32,000 bases of DNA from Acaryochloris marina MBIC11017 (GTDB lineage Bacteria > Cyanobacteriota > Cyanobacteriia > Thermosynechococcales > Thermosynechococcaceae). The stretch lies in NCBI RefSeq assembly GCF_000018105.1, contig NC_009925.1, forward strand, positions 5,010,001 to 5,042,000, given 5' to 3'. This document shows positions 25,285 to 32,000 of this stretch, piece after piece. A model generated the notes under the pieces. That model was not told the DNA's origin and made no database searches. It worked only from the letters and a program-made list of their open reading frames with translations. A program made the position numbers and the translations under genes. How positions within the stretch are numbered: the stretch's first letter is position 1; each line of letters begins with the position of its first letter.

Positions 25285-27474
25285 GTGAGAAAAATCCTGA
25301 TTTTGGCAGCCAATCCTAAGAACACCAATCAGCTCAGATTGGATGAAGAGGTGCGGGAAATTCAGGAAGGGCTGCAGCGATCGCGCAGTCGAGACCAGTT
25401 TGAAATTGTGTCTCGGTGGGCGGTTCGTCCCAGCGATTTACGACGGGCGCTGTTGGATTATGAACCGCAAATAGTCCATTTCTGTGGCCATGGGGCTGGG
25501 GCTGAGGGATTAGCCCTGGAGAACAATGCGGGGCAGATAAAGCTGGTTACTGGGAAGGCGCTGGGCGGACTGTTTAAGCTGGTGCAAGCAAATGTGGAAT
25601 GTGTCTTGCTTAATGCCTGCTATTCAGAGGCTCAATCGAAGGCGATCCACAAATATATTAGCTATGTGATTGGTATGAGTAATGCCATCGGCGACCGGGC
25701 GGCCATTGAGTTTGCTGTGGGGTTTTATGATGGCTTGGGCGCAGACCGCTCCTACGAAGATGCCTTTGAATTTGGGTTGTCGGCCATTGCCCTGGAAGGG
25801 ATTGACGAGACGGCTACGCCGAAGTTGAAATCGCCAGGACCAGGCTCCTCCCCAAACTCTGTTCAACGGATTAACCCGTCATCTGCGCAAAAGCCTGAAT
25901 CTGAGAATAAGACTGCCAACAACCCTTTGTCGGGGGAGGGAAAAGCCCGGATTTTTATCAGCTATAAACGGGATGCTGTACCGGATGAACAGTTGGCTTT
26001 GGCGATTTATCAGCATTTGGGCCAAAGCCATGAAGTGTTTATCGATCAGAGCATGGCGGTGGGCACAAAGTGGGCCGAGAAGATTGAGCGGGAACTCCGA
26101 CAGTCGGATTTTTTGATTACGTTATTGTCGGCTTCGGCGGTGGGAAGTGAGATGGTTCAGGGGGAGGTGGAAACGGCGAATCGGCTGGGAAGTGAATTGG
26201 GTAAGCCTGCGATTCTGCCTGTTCGGGTCAATTATCGGGAGCCGTTTACCTATCCCCTCAGTGCTTACCTAAATCCAATTAACTGGGCGTTTTGGGAGCA
26301 GTCGGAAGATACGCCCCAATTATTGGCAGAACTGGAGCGGGCCATTGCTGGCGAATCCTTGTCGATTGCTTCGGATAGGGCCAAACAAGATCTGGTCCAA
26401 CTGCCGACGGCAGATAAGGCTGAGATTCCGCAGCCCCTGCCTTCGGCCCAACCCCCAACGCTGGAAATGCCGGAGGGGTCGATGGACCCGGAGTCGCAGT
26501 TTTATGTGGAGCGCCAGGGGGACCAGATTGCCTTGGCAGCAATTCAGCGGCAGGGAGTGACAGTGACGATTAAGGGACCGCGCCAGATGGGCAAGAGTTC
26601 CTTGCTGCTAAAGACCGTCGATCAGGCGATTCAGGCAGATAAGCGAGTGGCTTATATTGATTTTCAGTTGTTTGATGATGCGGCTTTGGGGGATGCGGAT
26701 CGGTTTTATCAGCAGTTTTGCCTGACGATTACAGAGCAGTTGGAACTGCCAAACCGAATTGAGGACTTTTGGCAGGATGAGTTGGGGAATAACCAGCGCT
26801 GTACTCGGTATATGCAGACTTATGTGCTGCGGGAGCTAAAGCATCCGTTTGTGCTGGCGATGGATGAGGTGGATCGGATTTTTGATCGCAAGTTTCGGTC
26901 GGATTTCTTTGCCATGTTGCGGAATTGGCACAACAATCGGGGGTTACCTTTGCCCGCGATGAAGGTGTGGAAGCAGTTTGATCTGGTGCTGGTGACAGCG
27001 ACGGAGCCCTATCACCTGATCGCAGATTTGCACCAGTCGCCCTTCAACGTGGGGGAAGTGATTTCTCTGAAAGACTTTACGGCGGCGCAGGTGGCGGATT
27101 TGAACCAACGGCATGGTTCGCCTTTAACCGCCGAACAGGAGCGGGCGTTATTTGCTCTGCTGAATGGCCATCCCTATCTAATTCGCAAGGCGCTTTATCT
27201 GGTAGCCAGTGGTCAAAAGTCGATGGATCAGGTGTTGGCGAAGGCAGATCGGGATGATGGACCCTTTGGTGATCATCTGCGGTATCACTTATTTCGAATA
27301 TATGATCGGCCCGAACTGGTGCAGGGGATGTTGGGGGCGGTTCAGAAGAATCGATGCGAGGATGAGCGGATTGTACGGCTGCTCTGTGCGGCGGGCCTAA
27401 TTCGCCAGGAGGGGAAAGCAGAGTTGCCCCGCTGTCAGCTTTATGGGGACTACTTTAAGGCACATCTGGAATAG
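25285..27474 (+). CDS. Three-module protein: compact CHAT/caspase-like domain + TIR domain + AAA-like (AAA_35-type) P-loop ATPase
   Basis: The start is GTG 25285; the frame opens after TGA 25252-25254 and has no earlier start codon, and GGAGG lies at 25267-25271. aa 1-170 carry KILILAANP, LRLDEEVREIQ, IVHFCGHG (His69, nt 25489-25491) and VLLNACYS (Cys112, nt 25618-25620). aa 221-300 carry RIFISYKRD...VFIDQ...KWAEKI...FLITLLSASAVGSEMVQGEVE. aa 400-729 carry FYVERQGD, Walker A GPRQMGKSS (Lys437, nt 26593-26595), Walker B FVLAMDEVD, SPFNVGE and NGHPYL. Confidence 0.85.
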   Translation: MRKILILAANPKNTNQLRLDEEVREIQEGLQRSRSRDQFEIVSRWAVRPSDLRRALLDYEPQIVHFCGHGAGAEGLALENNAGQIKLVTGKALGGLFKLVQANVECVLLNACYSEAQSKAIHKYISYVIGMSNAIGDRAAIEFAVGFYDGLGADRSYEDAFEFGLSAIALEGIDETATPKLKSPGPGSSPNSVQRINPSSAQKPESENKTANNPLSGEGKARIFISYKRDAVPDEQLALAIYQHLGQSHEVFIDQSMAVGTKWAEKIERELRQSDFLITLLSASAVGSEMVQGEVETANRLGSELGKPAILPVRVNYREPFTYPLSAYLNPINWAFWEQSEDTPQLLAELERAIAGESLSIASDRAKQDLVQLPTADKAEIPQPLPSAQPPTLEMPEGSMDPESQFYVERQGDQIALAAIQRQGVTVTIKGPRQMGKSSLLLKTVDQAIQADKRVAYIDFQLFDDAALGDADRFYQQFCLTITEQLELPNRIEDFWQDELGNNQRCTRYMQTYVLRELKHPFVLAMDEVDRIFDRKFRSDFFAMLRNWHNNRGLPLPAMKVWKQFDLVLVTATEPYHLIADLHQSPFNVGEVISLKDFTAAQVADLNQRHGSPLTAEQERALFALLNGHPYLIRKALYLVASGQKSMDQVLAKADRDDGPFGDHLRYHLFRIYDRPELVQGMLGAVQKNRCEDERIVRLLCAAGLIRQEGKAELPRCQLYGDYFKAHLE

Positions 27475-27487
27475 GTAGAGGGAGGGT

Positions 27488-30400
27488 ATGGGGACTGAGA
27501 TTTATACCGTTGGCGGTACCGTGCAGGCGAATGCCCAGGGGCTGTATATTCCTCGGCAGGCGGACCAAGACCTGTTGCAGCTTTGCCGAGACTCGACTTT
27601 TGCCTATGTGTTGACGCCACGGCAGATGGGCAAGTCCAGTTTGATGATGCGGACGGCAGAAACGCTCTATGAGGAAGGTATTGCTGCTGTAATTATTGAC
27701 CTGACTACAATTGGGACTCAGTTGACGGCGGACCAATGGTATTTGGGATTGTTAACTGAAATTGCTGATCAGTTGGTGCTGTCGGTGAATGTCTATCAGT
27801 GGTGGCAAGCGCGTCAACATTTGGGAGGGACCCAGCGGCTGAGTCATTTTTTTGAGCAAGTGGTGATCCCAGAAACGACTGACCCGGTGGTGATCTTTAT
27901 TGATGAGATTGATACCACGCTGACTTTGGGTTTTGCGGATGATTTCTATGCAGCAATCCGGGGATTATATGTGGCTAGGGCGAAACAGCCAGTGTTACAT
28001 CGACTGTCCTTTGTGTTGATTGGGGTGGCAACGCCGAGTGATTTGATTAAAGACGCCAAGCGGACGCCTTTTAATGTGGGAGAACGGGTGGAGCTAACTG
28101 ATTTTACCCAGGCTGAAGTGTTGCCAATGGCGACAGGTTTGGGATTAGAAAGTCAGCAGGCAGAGCAAGTATTGGGGTGGGTGTTGAAGTGGACGGGGGG
28201 ACATCCTTACCTCACCCAACGGCTGTGTAAGGCGCTGGTAGATGAGGGGAAGCAGGATTGGCAAGAGTCGGATGTGGATCGGATAGTTCGCCGCACATTT
28301 CTGGCGGAGGAAAGCGAAAAAGACAATAATCTGCAGTTTGTGCGGGATATGTTGACGAAGCGGGCACCTGAAGATTTAGAAGAAGAGGTCCTCAAGTCTT
28401 ATCGGGTAAAAGTTCTCAAGACCTATCGGGAGGTGCAAAGTGATAAGTCTCCTGTTAAAGATGAAGAGCAATCTCTGGTGATATCTCATCTGAAACTCGC
28501 TGGGGTGGTGAGAAAAGAGGGTGAACTACTTAAAAATCGTAATCTTATTTATATAACTGTTTTTGATAGGAGGTGGATTCAGCAACATTTACCAGAGAGT
28601 TTGTGGCAAAAACTCAAGCCAGCGATGCCATTGATTGCTTTTTTGTCAACTGTATCAGTTGCAGTGTCAGGCTTAGCAGTTTATGCGATTAATCAAAGGA
28701 ATGAAGCTAGATTGGCAAAGAGTGAAGCTCAAAAATCTGAAGTAAGAGCTGAACAAAAAGCTAATGATGAAGAATATGCCAAAAAACAAACTGAAATTGC
28801 CCTTGAACAATCTCGCCGGAATGAAAAAGCAGCTAAAAACGCAGCGCGCGAAGCTCAACGGCAAAAGAAATTTGCTCAAAAGTCAGCGTTACTTGCAAAG
28901 CGTCGATTGCAGCAAGTGAATTCAGCACGCAAAGCGGAAGTTATAGCGAGAGAAAAAGCTCAAAAAGCCCAAAACTTAACTGAACGTCTACTAACCGAAG
29001 CTGAATTCCAGAAAAGCTTTGCAATCACACAAAGTGAAATAGCCAATCAAGAAAGAGCTGAAGCTGAAAAAGCAACAAAAATAGCAAAATACCAGACTGG
29101 CTTGGCCGAAATGAGGCAGCATAATGCTGAACTTTTAGCAGCAGCACTCAATGCTGAGAAACTTTTTGGAAGTGGGTTGGAGATTGCTTCACTAGTTGAA
29201 AGCCTCAAAGTAGCCCAAAAACTTAAGGATTTAATTGAGCTAAAACAAGTTCAACCTAGGGTGAGAATTCAGTCTATTGCGATCCTTAAAAATATTGTAT
29301 ATGGAATTAAAGAGCAGAATCAATTAACCGGTCATAGAGTCGGGGTCCGGTCCGTAACATTCAGCCCCGATGGCCAGACCCTCGCGTCCGGGAGTGCTGA
29401 CGGCACCGTGAAGCTGTGGGATAGACAGGGCAAGGAACTGGCTTCTTTCACAGGCACGGGATATGGCACTAGCATCAATTCCGTGGTCTTCAGTCCCGAT
29501 GGTCAGACCCTTGCTTCCGGGGGGTGGTTCGGCACCGTAAAGTTGTGGGACAGACAGGGCAAGGAACTGGCCTCCTTCAAGGGACATGGCAATTCGGTCA
29601 TGTCCGTGGTCTTCAGCCCCGATGGTCAGACCCTCGCATCTGGGAGTAGAGACGGCACCGTAAAGCTGTGGAATAGAAAGGGCAAGGAATTGGCCTCCTT
29701 CACCGGACACTTCACTGGACGTTCCTGGTTGCATAGTAATGTGGTCAATTCTGTGGTCTTCAGCCCCGATGGCCAGACCCTCGCGTCTGGGAGCTCTGAC
29801 GGCACCGTGAAGCTGTGGGACAGACAGGGCAAGGAACTGGCCTCCTTCACAAAACGTGGCGCTAGCATCAATTCCGTGGTCTTCAGCCCCGATGGTCAGA
29901 CCCTTGCCTCCGGCAGTACTGACGGCACCGTGAAGCTGTGGAACAGACAGGGCAAGGAACTGGCTTCCTTCACAGGACATGGTGATGCGGTCATGTCCGT
30001 GGTCTTCAGCCCTGACGGCCAGACCCTTGCCTCCGGGAGTAGAGACGACACCGTGAAACTGTGGGACAGACAGGGCAAGGAACTAGTCTCCTTCACTGAA
30101 CGTGGTGATTCGGTCATGTCTGTGGCCTTTAACCCCGATGGTCAGACCCTCGCTTCCGGGGGGATTAGAGGTGTTGTGAAGCTGTGGGATAGACAGGGCA
30201 AGGAACTGGCCTCCTTCAAGGGACATGGCAATTCGGTCAGCTTTGTGGCCTTCAGCTCCGACGGTCAGACCCTCGCCTCCAGGAGCACTGACGGCATCGT
30301 GAAGCTGTGGGGCAGACAGGGCAAGGAACTGGCTTCCTTCACGGGCGGTAGGGCCAAATCCGTGGCCTTCAGTCCCGATGGCCAGACCCTTGCCTTCGAG

Positions 30401-31315
30401 GATTCTGAGGGCACCATGAAGTTGTGGGACAGACAGGGCAAGGAATTGGCCTCCTTCAACGGACATGGCAATTTGGGCATGTCTGTGGTCTTCAGCCCCG
30501 ACGGTCAGACCCTCGCCTCCGGGAGTCATTATGGCTCCGTGAAGCTGTGGGATAGACAGGGTAAGGAACTGGTTTCCTTCAAGGGACATGGCAATTCGGT
30601 CAATTCTGTGGCCTTCAGCCCCGATGGTCAGACCCTCGCCTCCGGGAGTGTTGACGGCACCGTAAAGCTGTGGGGCAGACAGGGCAAGGAACTGGCCTCC
30701 TTCAACGGACATGGCAATTCGGTCAATTCTGTGGTCTTCAGTCCCGATGGTCAGACCCTCGCCTCCGGGAGTAGAGACGGCACCGTAAAGCTTTGGAATA
30801 GACAGGGCAAGGAATTGGCCTCCTTCAAGGGACATGGCGATTCGGTCATGTCCGTGGCCTTCAACCCCGATGGTCAGACCCTCGTCTCCGGGAGTACTGA
30901 CGGCACTGTGAAGCTGTGGGATAGACAGGGCAAGGAATTGGCCTCTTTCACTGGACATAGCTCTTCGGTTAATTCCGTGGCCTTCAGCTCCGACGGTCAG
31001 ACCCTCGTTTCTGGGAGTGATGACCGCACCGTGAAGCTATGGAATATGGACCTCGAACACTTAAGAGAATTGGGCTGCCAATGGTTAGGCAACTATTTTG
31101 CCAACAATCCGACTGGTCAAAAGCAGAGAGAAGTCTGCAATGGCGTTACAGGATCATCTCAACTTCAAGATAGCCAAGCAAAATTTTTCTCGGTTCATCA
31201 AATTCCTTTCCAGCTAGCAATGCAATTGCAGAACTTACCCATGCATATAACTGAGAGCTACAGAAACTTAGAAACTTCGTTGAAATTACTTGAATTTCCT
31301 CACTCCAAATCTTGA
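27488..31315 (+). CDS. AAA-like (AAA_35-type) P-loop ATPase + hydrophobic helix + coiled coil + 14 WD40 repeats
   Basis: ATG 27488 lies 13 nt after the stop of the upstream gene and is preceded by GAGGGAGGG. aa 1-370 carry YTVGGTV, YIPRQADQDL, TPRQMGKSS, VVIFIDEID, TPFNVGE and GGHPYL. aa 378-401 are PAMPLIAFLSTVSVAVSGLAVYAI. aa 402-560 are a K/E/A/Q-rich heptad-like region. aa 614-1186 are 14 WD40 units (GHxxxVxSVxFSPDGQTLASGSxDGTVKLWD). The C-terminal LGCQWLGNYFANNP...C motif is typical of cyanobacterial WD40 proteins. Confidence 0.9.
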   Translation: MGTEIYTVGGTVQANAQGLYIPRQADQDLLQLCRDSTFAYVLTPRQMGKSSLMMRTAETLYEEGIAAVIIDLTTIGTQLTADQWYLGLLTEIADQLVLSVNVYQWWQARQHLGGTQRLSHFFEQVVIPETTDPVVIFIDEIDTTLTLGFADDFYAAIRGLYVARAKQPVLHRLSFVLIGVATPSDLIKDAKRTPFNVGERVELTDFTQAEVLPMATGLGLESQQAEQVLGWVLKWTGGHPYLTQRLCKALVDEGKQDWQESDVDRIVRRTFLAEESEKDNNLQFVRDMLTKRAPEDLEEEVLKSYRVKVLKTYREVQSDKSPVKDEEQSLVISHLKLAGVVRKEGELLKNRNLIYITVFDRRWIQQHLPESLWQKLKPAMPLIAFLSTVSVAVSGLAVYAINQRNEARLAKSEAQKSEVRAEQKANDEEYAKKQTEIALEQSRRNEKAAKNAAREAQRQKKFAQKSALLAKRRLQQVNSARKAEVIAREKAQKAQNLTERLLTEAEFQKSFAITQSEIANQERAEAEKATKIAKYQTGLAEMRQHNAELLAAALNAEKLFGSGLEIASLVESLKVAQKLKDLIELKQVQPRVRIQSIAILKNIVYGIKEQNQLTGHRVGVRSVTFSPDGQTLASGSADGTVKLWDRQGKELASFTGTGYGTSINSVVFSPDGQTLASGGWFGTVKLWDRQGKELASFKGHGNSVMSVVFSPDGQTLASGSRDGTVKLWNRKGKELASFTGHFTGRSWLHSNVVNSVVFSPDGQTLASGSSDGTVKLWDRQGKELASFTKRGASINSVVFSPDGQTLASGSTDGTVKLWNRQGKELASFTGHGDAVMSVVFSPDGQTLASGSRDDTVKLWDRQGKELVSFTERGDSVMSVAFNPDGQTLASGGIRGVVKLWDRQGKELASFKGHGNSVSFVAFSSDGQTLASRSTDGIVKLWGRQGKELASFTGGRAKSVAFSPDGQTLAFEDSEGTMKLWDRQGKELASFNGHGNLGMSVVFSPDGQTLASGSHYGSVKLWDRQGKELVSFKGHGNSVNSVAFSPDGQTLASGSVDGTVKLWGRQGKELASFNGHGNSVNSVVFSPDGQTLASGSRDGTVKLWNRQGKELASFKGHGDSVMSVAFNPDGQTLVSGSTDGTVKLWDRQGKELASFTGHSSSVNSVAFSSDGQTLVSGSDDRTVKLWNMDLEHLRELGCQWLGNYFANNPTGQKQREVCNGVTGSSQLQDSQAKFFSVHQIPFQLAMQLQNLPMHITESYRNLETSLKLLEFPHSKS
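29327..31045 (+). repeat. Intragenic tandem DNA repeat, 14 units with a basic period of 123 bp (the WD40 array)
   Basis: The anchor agaCagggcaagg (or agaAagggcaagg) recurs at 29423, 29552, 29675, 29822, 29945, 30068, 30191, 30314, 30431, 30554, 30677, 30800 and 30923. Spacings are 123 bp, except 129, 147 and 117. Long identical nucleotide runs persist through synonymous sites. Confidence 0.95.
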
Positions 31316-31647
31316 TAAAGCATTTCAAACCCAGAACGGTCTATTCTACGATTACCCTGTTTTGGAGAACGTTACCATCTGTACAATTTCAAGGCAATCA
31401 ATGGCTGCTGAGTTGCGTTCAGAGGATGCTTGGCCTTATAGGTAATAAGCTGAAGGGCTAGGGAGAAAAACCTTTTTTGGTATAAAAATGGAGTCTGATG
31501 GCCCTTACCCTACCAATCTTGGGAGAGGGACTTTTAAGACTTCATTCTTAGAGAATGGAAAAAGTGTTGCCAGTTGCGCAAGAAACGGGTGGTTTTTACC
31601 GCTCAAGATCGATACCGTAGACGGAGAAAACTGACTGACTCAACACC

Positions 31648-32000
31648 ATGCCTCCTCCAAATACCATTGCCAGCGAGATAGACACCTACGATCGCATCTC
31701 CGATGCCATTACTTTTATTCGCCAGCATCACCTAGAGCAGCCCAATCTTTCAACCATCGCCCAGCACGTCAACCTCAGCGACTATCACTTTCAGCGATTA
31801 TTCACCCAATGGGCAGGGATTAGCCCCAAACGCTTTCTCCAATACCTGACTCTAGACTATGCAAAATCGAGAATCGATCAGTCCCAGAATCTGCTAGCCC
31901 TAACCGCCGAGTCAGGACTATCCAGCCCAGGACGACTCCACGACTTATTCATCACCCTAGAAGCCATGTCTCCCGGTGAATACCGAGCAGGAGGGGCTGG
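31648..32000 (+). CDS. AraC-type HTH protein, Ada/AdaA-methyltransferase-like N-terminus (3' end beyond the window)
   Basis: The frame is open from ATG 31648 to the window end. The AraC HTH is LSTIAQHVNLSDYHFQRLFTQWAGISPKRFLQYLTLDYAK, followed by SGLSSPGRLHDLFITLEAMSPGEYRAGGAG. I recognise that pattern from AraC-fused methylated-DNA-protein-cysteine methyltransferases. This ORF is not in the supplied track because it has no stop. Confidence 0.6.
   Translation, partial: MPPPNTIASEIDTYDRISDAITFIRQHHLEQPNLSTIAQHVNLSDYHFQRLFTQWAGISPKRFLQYLTLDYAKSRIDQSQNLLALTAESGLSSPGRLHDLFITLEAMSPGEYRAGGA

Noticed and set aside
24772-25328. Small ORFs in the pilin/cassette intergenic region (24772-24954 minus, a K-rich 60 aa; 25131-25328 minus, 65 aa)
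   Set aside because: The first overlaps the pilin-like gene start out of frame and runs through A/T homopolymer DNA. The second overlaps the cassette start on the opposite strand. Neither has a recognisable motif or a ribosome-binding site.
29324-30958. Long antisense ORFs across the WD40 array (29324-29980 of 218 aa and 30083-30958 of 291 aa, plus several of 70-80 aa)
   Set aside because: They are themselves periodic (MS.EGGQFLALS.PQLHGAVSTPGGEGLTIG...). This is the expected by-product of a stop-free antisense frame copied 14 times by the tandem repeat. The sense frame gives a textbook WD40 protein continuous with an upstream ATPase domain.
29327-31045. Possibility that the 123-bp periodic repeat is a CRISPR array or a non-coding satellite
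   Set aside because: There is no alternation of repeat and unique spacer, because the whole unit is conserved. The period is a multiple of 3, and the array lies in one long ORF that encodes canonical WD40 units.
25285-31315. A diversity-generating retroelement as the source of WD40 variability
   Set aside because: The window holds no reverse-transcriptase ORF and no template/variable repeat pair with adenine-specific differences. Variation is better explained by recombination and point substitution among the repeats.

Overview
The window reads as cyanobacterial chromosome. I found 8 exact HIP1 palindromes (GCGATCGC) by eye. The gene content fits a large cyanobacterial genome: Ctp protease, Hsp33, a group-3 sigma factor, several CHAT proteins, an FHA-like beta-helix protein and a very large WD40 protein. 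The vanadium haloperoxidase is compatible with an Acaryochloris-like source, which I cannot verify. I support 20 coding segments (two are halves of one interrupted gene, two run off the window edges), one tRNA-Phe, one intrinsic terminator and two DNA repeat features. I saw no transposase, integrase, CRISPR array or rRNA. Layout, left to right: 3' end of an FHA-like exoprotein gene; a TPR-CHAT gene broken by a single in-frame TAA; tRNA-Phe; Ctp protease; a membrane-anchored repeat protein; hslO convergent with a vanadium haloperoxidase; an HExxH membrane protein; a Rieske protein; an AT-rich cluster of three REC-GGDEF(-EAL) paralogues, one fully degenerate; a sigma factor, hairpin, secreted CHAT and M28 peptidase; a TIM-barrel glycosidase-like gene; an orphan pilin-like gene. 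The main hunt result is a tightly coupled two-gene cassette at 25285-31315. Gene A fuses a caspase-like (CHAT) module, a TIR domain and an AAA-like P-loop ATPase. Gene B carries a paralogous copy of that ATPase, then a hydrophobic helix, a coiled coil and 14 near-identical WD40 repeats. I interpret it as a split, NLR-like sensor/executor conflict (defence or cell-death) system. All domain calls come from motif recognition by eye and need profile searches.
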